Shown here piece after piece: positions 54,559-64,000 of a DNA stretch of 64,000 nt. Location of the stretch: positions 3,691,087 through 3,755,086 of the forward strand of contig CBDCYF010000005.1 in assembly GCA_965224065.1 (NCBI GenBank), given 5' to 3'. Source of the stretch: Candidatus Multivoradales bacterium (GTDB lineage: Bacteria > Acidobacteriota > Thermoanaerobaculia > Multivoradales > JAHEKO01). A program made the position numbers and the translations under genes. A model generated the notes under the pieces. That model saw nothing but the letters and a program-made list of their open reading frames with translations, had not been told where the DNA came from and ran no database searches. Within the stretch, counting starts at the first letter, position 1; each line of letters begins with the position of its first letter.

Positions 54559-56730
54559 TCACGGCGCCGGCTGGTTTCCGGTGACCCGGGCCAGAAGAGA
54601 CTCGGCAAGTGCGGCTTCTTGCGGCTCCAATTCTTCCCGGTAGCGTTCCAGTGCGGTGCGGAGATTGCCCAGCGCCGAGGCGGCGTTTCCGGACGTGAGC
54701 TGAACCACGGCTAGTGCGATGAAGTGCTTCCCTGCCGGCTCGATGGCCAGACCGCGCTCGAACAACTCGGCGGCGCGGCTCAAATTTCCGCTCACGCTGT
54801 GAACGGCCGCTGCCTTGAAGAGTTGCTCGGGATTGCGAGCCAGATCCCCGGTCGCGTCCAGGCGGTCATAGATGGCTAACGCTTTCAGGTGCTCGCCTTG
54901 CTTTGCGCTGATCTCGGCAATCTTGATCTCGAGGGGAACGCTGCGCGGCTCTTGGGCGAGGGCTCTTTCGAAGTACTCGACGGCGTGGTCGAGTTCACCG
55001 CGGCTCTCGGCGATCATGCCGAGTAGGCTCAAGGCGTGGGAAAGACGCGGGTCTCGTTCGAGGATCTTGCGGGCCTCGCGCTCGGCGTCGTCGAGACGTC
55101 CGATCAGGTGCAGATAGGAGGCCAGCTTTATCCGGATCGTGCTGAGCGGCAGCTTTTCGATGCCTTGCTCGAGGGCCGAGATCGCACCTCTTTGGTCTCC
55201 GAGCTGAGAGCGGATCTCGAAGTCGATCTCGTAGAAATCGATCACCTCGACGTCTTCGAACTCCCGCCGTACTTCAGCCAGCAGGGCCTGGGCTTGTTCG
55301 AGCTGCCCGGTTCTAGCCAAGTCGCGGACATTTCGCGCCTTCATCTCGATCTGGATGCCCCGTTTCGGGTCGATCATCCGGTCGGTAGCGCCACCACCTG
55401 ACAAATAGCCCAGCGCTTCCAGCTGCCGCCGGTCTTCGGCGTTGAGCTCGCGCTCGGCGTCGGGTACCTCGCCAACACTCAGTAGCAGGTTTCGGAGCTG
55501 GCGGTCGAGTGCCCGCGTCCGGTCGCGGTGGTCGGAGGCCAAATCCTGCAGCTCACCGGGGTCCCGTTCGAGGTCGTAGAGCTCCGGTTGCGGCAGCCGA
55601 ATGTACTTGTAGCCGTCTGAGATCACGCCGGCGCGCGGCGCCCAGTTCTTCTCGTGCATACCGGCCTGGCTTTCGAAGTAGAGAGCGGGTTCGACCGACC
55701 CCGGAGGAAAACCCGTGGGTGCCGGGCCCACCGCCCGAGGGAGTAGGGGCTCGAGGCTCCGGCCTTGGAGCCCGGCCGGAGCAGACAGGGCAAAGAGCTC
55801 GGAGATCGTCGGGGTGAAATCCACCAGACCAACTCGAGTGTCCACCACTGACTCCACCGCCAGCCGTCCCGGTGCGACCACCAGGAACGGTACGCGCAGC
55901 GTCTCGTCATACGTCAAAAGCCCGTGTCCGTGCTCGACGTGTTCGCCAAAGGCCTCACCGTGGTCGGCGGTGACCACCACCACGGTGTTCTCCGTGACAC
56001 CGTGGCCGTCTAGCGCTTCGAGCACATGGCCGACCTCTCGGTCGACATACGCAATCTCGCCATCGTAGAGGTTGTCGGCGAACTTCAGGTCGAAGGGTGG
56101 GGGCGGTTCATATGGTTGATGTGCGTCGTAAAAGTGCAGCCAGGCAAAAAAAGGCCGGTCTTCCTGCCGGGCGAGCCAGTCCGAGAAGCGTCGCGACACC
56201 TCTTCGGCAGGCGTCTCACTGTGGAAACGAAACAGGGTGTCCTCGGTGGCGAGCGAGTCATCATAAGTGTCAAACCCCTGCGCCAGCCCAAACTTCTCAA
56301 GCAGCACGTAGGCCGAGACAAAGGCGCCGGTGGAGTAGCCGTTGGCCTTGAACAACTCGGCCAGAGTGACCTCTTCCTCGCGCAAAAAGTGCATGCCGTT
56401 GATGCGTACGCCGATGGCGAACGGGTAAAGCCCAGTGAAGAGAGTCGAGTGGCTGGGAAGGGTCAGGGGAACAGGCGAATAGGCGTTTTCGAATCGGACC
56501 CCCCGCTTGGCCAGGCGATCCAGGTTCGGGGTCGTGCCCCGTGGGTAGCCGTACGCCCCAAGCCGGTCCGCCCGTACGGTATCGAGCGTGATGACCAACA
56601 GGTTGCTTCCGGCGAGGTCAAGTGCCTCGGCGTTTTTCGATTGCTGGGAGCTCGAGCCACAGCCGGCGACGCTCCAGGCGAAGGCCGTCACCAGAACCGC
56701 GACCCGGGAGGTCGAAGAGATCGGCCGCAT
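54559..56730 (-). CDS. Sulfatase-like hydrolase + TPR lipoprotein
   Basis: ITLDTVRAD, PLTLPSHSTLFTG, HFYDAH, ADHGE, ELYDL, QLEALGY, TPRs; lipobox VAGC. Confidence 0.88.
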   Translation of the reverse strand: MRPISSTSRVAVLVTAFAWSVAGCGSSSQQSKNAEALDLAGSNLLVITLDTVRADRLGAYGYPRGTTPNLDRLAKRGVRFENAYSPVPLTLPSHSTLFTGLYPFAIGVRINGMHFLREEEVTLAELFKANGYSTGAFVSAYVLLEKFGLAQGFDTYDDSLATEDTLFRFHSETPAEEVSRRFSDWLARQEDRPFFAWLHFYDAHQPYEPPPPFDLKFADNLYDGEIAYVDREVGHVLEALDGHGVTENTVVVVTADHGEAFGEHVEHGHGLLTYDETLRVPFLVVAPGRLAVESVVDTRVGLVDFTPTISELFALSAPAGLQGRSLEPLLPRAVGPAPTGFPPGSVEPALYFESQAGMHEKNWAPRAGVISDGYKYIRLPQPELYDLERDPGELQDLASDHRDRTRALDRQLRNLLLSVGEVPDAERELNAEDRRQLEALGYLSGGGATDRMIDPKRGIQIEMKARNVRDLARTGQLEQAQALLAEVRREFEDVEVIDFYEIDFEIRSQLGDQRGAISALEQGIEKLPLSTIRIKLASYLHLIGRLDDAEREARKILERDPRLSHALSLLGMIAESRGELDHAVEYFERALAQEPRSVPLEIKIAEISAKQGEHLKALAIYDRLDATGDLARNPEQLFKAAAVHSVSGNLSRAAELFERGLAIEPAGKHFIALAVVQLTSGNAASALGNLRTALERYREELEPQEAALAESLLARVTGNQPAP

Positions 56731-56779
56731 GATCTCTATAGTCTTCGTCGCGGGGTCATCCGGACCTCTGGCACGGTTG

Positions 56780-58507
56780 CTAGGCGCCGACCCGCACGGT
56801 CTGGCGGATAAAGGCACTGTCGCCCGCGAAGTCGTCGTACACCCCGACGGCGACGCCCTGGATCCCTCGACGCATCAACAGCTCGACTTCGTAGATGAAA
56901 TCCTGGGTCTTGGCGCGGTCCAGATCGGCCGCCGGGACGAGAATTGGGACCGAGGCTTGGTGTAGAGGCGAGATGCGGCCTTCGTCGTCGATCACGCCGA
57001 GCGATAGCCGGACCGCTCCCCGGTGGCTGCCTTCTTGGGGGATCAGCGTCACTCGGCCGAGCGGAATTCTGACCTCGACGGGCAACAGATAGTTGCCCTT
57101 GGTCGAAGGTTTTTCGGCGGCGAACTGGAGCCGGACACCGAGCGAGTTTCGCTCGGTGCCGTGGATCAACGCCGCCAGCGTCCCTTCATTGACCCGATTT
57201 TCAGGAGATTTGTCTCGGTAGCCGGCGCGGTGGCGCACTGCGACCCCCGGTCGCTTTACCCTGACCTCGATCTTGTAGTAGCGGCCGGCGGTGGCGTGGC
57301 TGGGCGCGTAGCCGAGTGAATAGTAGTTGCTGAAATCTTTGGAGATCGCATCAAAGGCGCCGTTGAAGTTGTTGGTGTTGACGGCGGAGAGTCCACCGGT
57401 GGCGTCGGCCATCAACAGCAAAGGCTCCTCGCGGTTGGCGTCGTGCATCACGTCCGCCTCGATGATCGAAGTGTCGCGGTGGCCATACTCCGCCGAGAGT
57501 GAGGAGTGGCTTGTCAACCCGGCAGCTTCGATGGTGTAGAAGCTGACCCGGTTGGCGTTGGCGCGCGCGGTAAGTTCGTTGAATTGACGCTTAGCGCGGT
57601 AGTTGAACGATGCCAGATGACTGGTGTTCTGGTCTTGGAACTTTTCGTCGATCAAAAAGAAAAGATCTTCGCCGGCTGTCAGGGGCAAGCCGTCGCTCAG
57701 ATAGAGCAGCGCCTTACGTCCCGGCAATCCGGCGAGAGAGGACACCATCTCCTTGAGCGAGTTGATAGTCATCAACATGTCGTTGTAGATCGATTTGGCG
57801 TAGAAATCCACGTGGCCGGCGGCCTCGAAGGAATCGCGCGACTGGTCAAGGCGCCGGATCACCTCACGACGCTCCGACTGTTGTTGCGGCGCAAAGGCGC
57901 TGAGCTTCCGCAACTCCTCCATCTCCTCCAAAATCTCTTGCTTGTTGGCAGTAAACGGTCGGCGAACGTGGAGCGAGCGCTCGAAAGTGACCAGCATCAC
58001 CTGGTCTTCTTCGCTTAGTTCGTTTAGCAAGAAGCGCCGCGAGTAATCGATCACCTTGTTGCGGCTAAACGGCCGCAGAAAAAGGTTGTCGAAGTAGACG
58101 ACCACATAGAGGCGCTGGTCATCCGGAATGCCGATCGGAGACAGCGGAGCGGGCGCGGCCTGTGGTGGCAACGATTCTATGGGCGCGCCTTCCTGGGGTC
58201 TGCCACCGACAACGGAGTAAAAGTTCGATATCTTGACCGGCTTGCCGTCCTCGAAGAGCTCGAAATCTCCGCGGGTCAGGTCGGTCACTCGGTTGCCCTG
58301 TTTGTCGGTGACATAGACGTCGACGTTGACGACGTTGACATCAATCGACTCAAAAAAGAGGTCTTCAGGGGGTTCCGATGGGGACGGAAGAGGCGCCTCC
58401 TGCCCTCGCCCCGGCGCTGCAAGACCGGAGATGCCCGCCACCACGGCTACGCCGGCGAGAAAAGCGCGCTGGGACCCAGGCAGGGGAAAAAGGCGAGTAA
58501 GGGGCAT
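56780..58507 (-). CDS. VWA-related Acidobacteria-type domain protein
   Basis: IDVNVVNVDVYVTDKQGNRV, LPGRKALLYLSDG, YYSLGY, VRHRAGY; paralog of 50411. Confidence 0.85.
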   Translation of the reverse strand: MPLTRLFPLPGSQRAFLAGVAVVAGISGLAAPGRGQEAPLPSPSEPPEDLFFESIDVNVVNVDVYVTDKQGNRVTDLTRGDFELFEDGKPVKISNFYSVVGGRPQEGAPIESLPPQAAPAPLSPIGIPDDQRLYVVVYFDNLFLRPFSRNKVIDYSRRFLLNELSEEDQVMLVTFERSLHVRRPFTANKQEILEEMEELRKLSAFAPQQQSERREVIRRLDQSRDSFEAAGHVDFYAKSIYNDMLMTINSLKEMVSSLAGLPGRKALLYLSDGLPLTAGEDLFFLIDEKFQDQNTSHLASFNYRAKRQFNELTARANANRVSFYTIEAAGLTSHSSLSAEYGHRDTSIIEADVMHDANREEPLLLMADATGGLSAVNTNNFNGAFDAISKDFSNYYSLGYAPSHATAGRYYKIEVRVKRPGVAVRHRAGYRDKSPENRVNEGTLAALIHGTERNSLGVRLQFAAEKPSTKGNYLLPVEVRIPLGRVTLIPQEGSHRGAVRLSLGVIDDEGRISPLHQASVPILVPAADLDRAKTQDFIYEVELLMRRGIQGVAVGVYDDFAGDSAFIRQTVRVGA

Positions 58508-58609
58508 GGCGACCGACGTTCGTGCCCTTGTGTCAGGCAGTTCTAGAATACTACGGCCCCAGCCGATGCGACTTCGGTTGGTGACAGGTGCAAGAAAGCG
58601 CTCAGAAGA

Positions 58610-60346
58610 ATGCCATTTTCTGGTCCAGGACCTCGGTTGTTTGTGCTTGGGGCCGCGTTGGCGCTGCTGAGGACTGGCCCGAACGAGCGGAGTGCGGAGA
58701 CGGCGCCCAATCAGCACGGACCGGTCTACGCTGAGCTGGAAGAGTCGGGAATCGATTTCGTGCACTCCAACGGGGCCAGTGGAGATTTTCTCCTTCCCGA
58801 GATCACCTGTGCCGGTGTCGCGCTTCTGGATTACGATCGAGATGGAGACCTCGACGTATACCTGCTGCAGGGCGAGTCGCTGACCCCAAGCGCAGCCGCC
58901 GGTGAATACGAATCGGTTGGAGGCGACAGGCTCTATCGCAACGATATGACCTACGGAGCCGTCGATTCCGATCGAGCCTGGTTTGTCGACGTCACCGAGA
59001 CGAGCGGGCTCCCAACAACGTCAAACGGTTTTGGGTGCGCCGTGGCGGTTGGGGATTTTGACCGCGACGGGTGGCAGGATCTCTACGTCGGAGGCGTGGG
59101 GTCGAACCACCTCTGGCGTAACCGGGGGGACGGCACGTTTGAAGATCGAACAGCCACCAGCGGTACCGACGACGAACGGTGGACCACGACCGCGGTTTGG
59201 CTCGACTACGACGGCGACAGTCTGCTCGATCTTTATGTAGGCAACTATCTACAGTTCGATCTCGAGTCGCAAAAGGTGTGTCTGAGCCGAACCGGCGTAC
59301 GTGACTATTGCAATCCCGACGCCTATGTCGGTGTGGCGGATCGGCTGCTACGCAATCGTGGTGACGGCACGTTCGAGGACGTTTCGGTCGTCGCGGGGTT
59401 CGCCCGGGTGGAGAGCAAGTCGCTGGGAGCCGTGGTGGAAGATTTCGACCGTGACGGTCTGGACGATCTGTACGTCGCCAACGACGGCGTGGCGAATCAA
59501 CTGTGGATGCAGAGTCGAGAAGGGGGCTTCTACGACCAGGCGCTTCTCGCGGGCTGCGCCGTCAACCGCGACGGCAAAGCGGAGGCCAGCATGGGGGTGA
59601 TGGCCGAGGACTTCGATGGAGATGCCGATATAGACCTTTTTATGACTCATCTGTCTGGTGAGACCAACACTTTTTTCCAAAATGACGGCAACGGCGGCTT
59701 TAGCGATCGCACAATCGCGAGCGGGCTGGGCCCGGCAAGCTACCGTTTTACGAGTTGGGGAGTTGTGCCGACCGATTTCGACCACGACGGAGACCTCGAT
59801 CTGGCGATCGCCAACGGAGCGGTGAGGGTGATCGACCAGTTGGTCGAGCGAGGAGACCCATACCCATTTCATCAGCCCAATCAGCTTTTTCAGAACCTGG
59901 GCGGCGGCCGATTTTCAGACGTAACCGATAGCGCCGGTCCACCGTTCGCGCTATCGGAGGTCAGCCGGGGTTTGGCGATAGGCGACGTCGACAACGACGG
60001 AGACGAGGATCTGGTTCTGGCCAACAACAACGGCCGCGCCCGCGTGTTCCTCAATCGGTATCCGTCGCCGGGGGGCTGGTTGGGTGCTAGGCTGATCGGC
60101 ACCGAGGGTGGCGACCGCCCGGGGGCCCGCATAACACTCGAGACCGCTCGGCGAAAGATCGTCCGACGGGCTAGGACCGACGGCGGTTTTGGCGGCGCTC
60201 ACGACCCGAGGGTGGTTCTGGGTTTGGGGCCGGCCCACACCTCGAACGATCGAGCTTATTTGTCGGTATTGTGGAGACACGGCCAGGAGCAACGGCTTCA
60301 CAAGCCCCGGGCCGCACGGTACTTGACCCTGGGGGATCCGAGATAA
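58610..60346 (+). CDS. CRTAC1-like FG-GAP repeat + ASPIC/UnbV protein
   Basis: Repeated DxDxDGxxDL motifs, NRGDGTFED, SRGLAIGDVDNDGDEDL, C-terminal ASPIC-like region. Confidence 0.88.
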   Translation: MPFSGPGPRLFVLGAALALLRTGPNERSAETAPNQHGPVYAELEESGIDFVHSNGASGDFLLPEITCAGVALLDYDRDGDLDVYLLQGESLTPSAAAGEYESVGGDRLYRNDMTYGAVDSDRAWFVDVTETSGLPTTSNGFGCAVAVGDFDRDGWQDLYVGGVGSNHLWRNRGDGTFEDRTATSGTDDERWTTTAVWLDYDGDSLLDLYVGNYLQFDLESQKVCLSRTGVRDYCNPDAYVGVADRLLRNRGDGTFEDVSVVAGFARVESKSLGAVVEDFDRDGLDDLYVANDGVANQLWMQSREGGFYDQALLAGCAVNRDGKAEASMGVMAEDFDGDADIDLFMTHLSGETNTFFQNDGNGGFSDRTIASGLGPASYRFTSWGVVPTDFDHDGDLDLAIANGAVRVIDQLVERGDPYPFHQPNQLFQNLGGGRFSDVTDSAGPPFALSEVSRGLAIGDVDNDGDEDLVLANNNGRARVFLNRYPSPGGWLGARLIGTEGGDRPGARITLETARRKIVRRARTDGGFGGAHDPRVVLGLGPAHTSNDRAYLSVLWRHGQEQRLHKPRAARYLTLGDPR

Positions 60347-60348
60347 AG

Positions 60349-62367
60349 ATGTATCTTTGGCTTCGCAGCTCGGTGCCGTGGCTCCTTGTCGGCGCGTTTG
60401 TTTTTGGCATGTTTGGCGTCTCCACCGCGGTATGGCCGTCCGTGCCGACGGCGCAGAACGCGGAAAGCACCGGCCTCGACGGAGAGCTGGAGATTCCACG
60501 GCCCGACTTGAGCGCCATGCAGCCGGCTTCGCGGCGCAAGGTCGAAGCGGTGCAGCAGTCGATCGAGAAGCTGCTGGCGGCCGGGGACAGCGAGCCGGGT
60601 GAGCTAGCCGGCGCCTTTGGTTTTTTGGGTCAACTGTTGCACGCTTTCGAGAAGCTCGACGCCGCCGCGTCGAGCTACGAGACCGCTCGCCGGCTGGATC
60701 CCACGGACATCCGCTGGTCCTACTACCTGGGATTGATCGGACGCGTCCGGGGAGACTACCGGAAGGCGATTGACGACTTTCGGACCGCTCGGTCGCTGGC
60801 GCCGGACGACACAGCCACGGTGCTTCGGTTGGCCGACGCGCTGGTCGAGCTGGGAAGACTCGAGGAAGCACGGATTCACTTCGAGCGGCTCGAACGCACG
60901 GGAAAAGTCCGCGGCGGCGAGTTGGCGGCGACGCTCTTTGGCTTGGGCAGAATTGCCGATCTGGAAGGCGATCCCGCGACCGCCGCGCGGTTTTTCGAGC
61001 GGGTCATCGAGCTCCAACCGGAGGCCGGCGTCGCCCAATACGCTCTCGGGCAGGCGTACCGTAGTCTTGGCGAGATCGACAAGGCTCGGCAGCACCTGGC
61101 CCTCGGGAGCGAGCGACCGGTCGGGTTTTCCGACTCGCATGTCGGCGTGCTGAGTTCTATCGCCGCAGGGGCAGCACTTGGTGTTGCCGCGGATCTTGCA
61201 ATTGCGGAGGACTTTTCGGCCGACGATTTTCTGGGCTTTGTTCTGTCGCAACTGGGCTCGGTTCCGGGCGCCTCCGAGCAGATGAAGAACATGCTTGCCG
61301 AGTTGGACAAGTCAGGTGCTGCAACCACTCTCCAGCGCGCCCGGCTCGAGTACGCGATCGGAGGACTTCTTGTACAGCAGGCCCACGACCAAGAGGCGAT
61401 GGAGCACTTCCGCCGGGCCGTCGCGGGCGATCCGGATCTGCTGGATGCGCGAATCAAGCTGGGCAACGTCCTCGCCAGAACCGGCCGTATGGCCGAGGCG
61501 CTCGAGGTCTTCGGCCAAGCGCTGGCCGTTGCGCCCGACAACCCGTCACTTTTGACCAAACGCGCAACGGCGCTGGTCAACTTGGACCGGATCCAGGAAG
61601 CCCAGCGCGACCTCGAGCGTGGTGTCGAGATCGACTCGGACAACAACGAGGGGTGGCGACTGCTCTCGGCGGTTCGCGAACGCGCCGGCGACTTGGAAGG
61701 TGGCGTCGCCGCCATGCAGAGCGCGATTGACTCGACGGACGATCCGCAGCTCAAAATGAGCCAGTTTGTCGAGCTGGGGAATCTTTACTATCGCTTGCGG
61801 CGTTACGAGAGCGCGGCGCGGTCCCACCTCAGGGCGCTTCGCATAGATCAAACTTTTGTGCCGGCGCTCGATCGGTTGGCGTCGCTCCTCGGGCAGCTAA
61901 AGGAGCTCGATCGGTCGGCCGATGTCTATGCGCGGTGGATCGCGGTAGAGCCGGACAACCCGGCGCCACGGGTCGGTGAGGCAACGGCGCTGATTCTGGC
62001 CGGTCGGTTTGCCGAGGCCCGCGATCGGCTGGAGGCGGGACTCGAAGTGCTGCCGGGGAACCTCGACCTGATGGACATTCTCGCCCGGCACCTAGCCGCC
62101 TGTCCCGACCCGGCGGTCCGCGACGGCCGGCGGGCGGTCGAGTTGGCTGTTCCCGTATACCAGGAGGTCCCAACCGCAGAAAGCGTCGAAACCCTGGCCA
62201 TGGCTCTCGCCGAGGCCGGCGACTTCGAGGAGGCGGTCGCCTGGCAAAAGAGCCTGCTGGCGAACGCCGGCGCGGACGCCAAGGTGGAAGTTCGGGCGAC
62301 TTGGAGGGCGAACCTCGCGCGCTATGAGAGCGGCGTGTCGTGCTGCGCTCGAGCCGGCGAAAACTAG
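60349..62367 (+). CDS. Exported TPR protein
   Basis: Signal-like N-terminus, many TPRs, C-terminal LAACPD..RDGRRAVELA..ETLAMALA. Confidence 0.8.
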   Translation: MYLWLRSSVPWLLVGAFVFGMFGVSTAVWPSVPTAQNAESTGLDGELEIPRPDLSAMQPASRRKVEAVQQSIEKLLAAGDSEPGELAGAFGFLGQLLHAFEKLDAAASSYETARRLDPTDIRWSYYLGLIGRVRGDYRKAIDDFRTARSLAPDDTATVLRLADALVELGRLEEARIHFERLERTGKVRGGELAATLFGLGRIADLEGDPATAARFFERVIELQPEAGVAQYALGQAYRSLGEIDKARQHLALGSERPVGFSDSHVGVLSSIAAGAALGVAADLAIAEDFSADDFLGFVLSQLGSVPGASEQMKNMLAELDKSGAATTLQRARLEYAIGGLLVQQAHDQEAMEHFRRAVAGDPDLLDARIKLGNVLARTGRMAEALEVFGQALAVAPDNPSLLTKRATALVNLDRIQEAQRDLERGVEIDSDNNEGWRLLSAVRERAGDLEGGVAAMQSAIDSTDDPQLKMSQFVELGNLYYRLRRYESAARSHLRALRIDQTFVPALDRLASLLGQLKELDRSADVYARWIAVEPDNPAPRVGEATALILAGRFAEARDRLEAGLEVLPGNLDLMDILARHLAACPDPAVRDGRRAVELAVPVYQEVPTAESVETLAMALAEAGDFEEAVAWQKSLLANAGADAKVEVRATWRANLARYESGVSCCARAGEN

Positions 62368-62379
62368 CTCGTGTGATCG

Positions 62380-63999
62380 TTAGGGGCCCCCGAGTGCCGC
62401 TGTCAGGATCTCCTGAGGGCCGTCCGCGGACCAGGGAAGCCGTCGTTTGAGGGTTTCGAGCTTGACGCGGAAGTCGGCGGCCAGCTCAGGCTCGGCCGTG
62501 TGTTCGGCTTCGGCGACCAGTCGCGTCTGCATCTCGATCGCGCGGTCGAAGTCGCCGGTCGCCGCCAGGGCGAGAGCCAGCGTCTCTCGGCTGCGTAAAT
62601 CGCCGCGTGCTTCCACCAGACGCCGAGCCACTTCGGCTGCGATGCGCCCGTCCCGCACGCGCTCGATCGGGCAGGTTGCCAATAGGCGCGCCTGGATGTG
62701 CGCCAGACGGGCATCGAGCGAGAAGATCCGAAGTGCTTCATTCAGGCGCACACGGCTTTCCCCGTAGCGTTCGAGCAGGATCAGGCTGGTGATTTCCCCG
62801 TGGCGGGCAGCGGCGTGGCGCGGGTCGAGATCGATGGCAGCGCGAAACGCGGCCACCGCTTCGTCGAGACGCCCCAGTTGGGCCAGCACCGCTCCACGAC
62901 GGTGGTGGATATCCGGCACCTGGGAGTCGATCGCGAGAGCCTCGGTGTAGGCGGCCAGAGCTTCTTCAAAGCGGCCGCTGCGGACCGCCCGGTTGCCACG
63001 TTCGGCGGCGGTGCGGACCCTGACGGCGATGTCGGCGCCATCTGCCACCCGGGCGCGCTCGGCTTTGGCCCGGCGCCTCTCCCCGAGGTGATCGAGCGCC
63101 TCGGCGTAACGCGAGCGGATCTGAGCATTGTCGGGCTCCAGCTCGAGGGCGCGCTCAAAGTCTGCGAAGGCGTCTTCGCCGCGGCCCAGGTTGACCAACG
63201 CGGTGGCGCGCCGCAGCAAGATGGCGGCAGCGAGCTCCGGCTCGCTTTCGATCAGCCGGTCGAAGTACGGCAGCGCCTCGCCAAAGCGGCTTTGGCGGGC
63301 AAGCGCATTGGCCAGCTTCATCTGTACTCCGGGCTGGTCTTCGACCAGTTCGAGCGACAACGAGAAGTGTCGAATAGCGGCGTCATCTCTTCCGTTGAGG
63401 GCCTCGAGACCGCCGAGGATGCGATGCAGCTCGGCTCGTTCGACGACGTCTTTTTTCTCCACGCCGGTACTGGCCCGTTCCAGACCGGCTCGGAGGCTCA
63501 CCAGCGCCCCTTCCAGATCGCCGAGCTTTTCTAACGCGTAGGCTCGCCCCTTGTATCCGATGAAATTCTGCGGATCTTTTTCGAGCACCTTTTTGTAGGC
63601 TGCGGCGGCGACTTCGTAGTTCCGGTCGTCGAGCGCCTCGGTTGCCTGAACCATGTACAACTGTACGGATTCGCCGAGTAGGGCGAGGGGGCTGATCAGA
63701 GGATCGGGGATCGGGACAACGGCATCCCCGCTCAGCTCGAGCTGATGCCGCGCGTCATCCAGGCGGCCGAGATCACGGTACGCCTGCGCCAGCGCGTAGT
63801 GAAGGCTGCTGGCGCTGGGGGCGAGTTCCAAGGCGCGGTGGAAGTACCCGAGGGCTTGTTCGTTTTGGCCCTCCGCCGCCGCGATCTTGCCGAGACCTTC
63901 GTGGGCCGCCGGCGCGCCGGGATCGACTCCGATGGCTGTTTCGAAGCGGGCCTTAGCGTCTTCGGTACGCCCCAGCTCGAAAAACGAGCGTCCAAGCCG
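62380..63999 (-). CDS. TPR protein (5' end outside window), paralog of 60349
   Basis: Frame stays open to the window edge (RLGRSFFELGRTEDAK...); LATCP..RDGRIAAEVA..ETLALALA. Confidence 0.8.
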   Translation of the reverse strand, partial: RLGRSFFELGRTEDAKARFETAIGVDPGAPAAHEGLGKIAAAEGQNEQALGYFHRALELAPSASSLHYALAQAYRDLGRLDDARHQLELSGDAVVPIPDPLISPLALLGESVQLYMVQATEALDDRNYEVAAAAYKKVLEKDPQNFIGYKGRAYALEKLGDLEGALVSLRAGLERASTGVEKKDVVERAELHRILGGLEALNGRDDAAIRHFSLSLELVEDQPGVQMKLANALARQSRFGEALPYFDRLIESEPELAAAILLRRATALVNLGRGEDAFADFERALELEPDNAQIRSRYAEALDHLGERRRAKAERARVADGADIAVRVRTAAERGNRAVRSGRFEEALAAYTEALAIDSQVPDIHHRRGAVLAQLGRLDEAVAAFRAAIDLDPRHAAARHGEITSLILLERYGESRVRLNEALRIFSLDARLAHIQARLLATCPIERVRDGRIAAEVARRLVEARGDLRSRETLALALAATGDFDRAIEMQTRLVAEAEHTAEPELAADFRVKLETLKRRLPWSADGPQEILTAALGGP

Positions 64000-64000
64000 T

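Overview
High-GC bacterial chromosome segment, most likely Acidobacteriota (inferred from paralogous Acidobacteria-type VWA proteins, a sulfatase-TPR, a CRTAC1/ASPIC protein, a CHAT-TPR and a kinase-FGE-hydrolase fusion). It carries housekeeping genes (ileS 5' end, rlmH, DksA/TraR-like, lapA-lapB fusion, holA-like, mutM, udk, ndh, yaaA), a Phd-VapC toxin-antitoxin pair and a full ccmA-I cytochrome c maturation operon with a frameshift in ccmI. Two candidate undescribed systems stand out. (1) A His-containing membrane leader ORF ending in the ribosome-arrest motif RAPP precedes a heme-receptor-like TonB-dependent transporter that overlaps ccmA. (2) A locus holds a sulfotransferase, two alkaline-phosphatase-superfamily paralogs predicted on opposite sides of the membrane, a stand-alone 'RLxxLGY' microprotein and a protein resembling DUF106/EMC3 (Oxa1-superfamily) insertases. 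Intergenic DNA contains CTAG-ended MITE-like hairpins and three REP-like families with no transposase in the window, and many genes look leaderless. No rRNA, tRNA or CRISPR array was seen. All calls come from reading motifs by eye; no searches were run.
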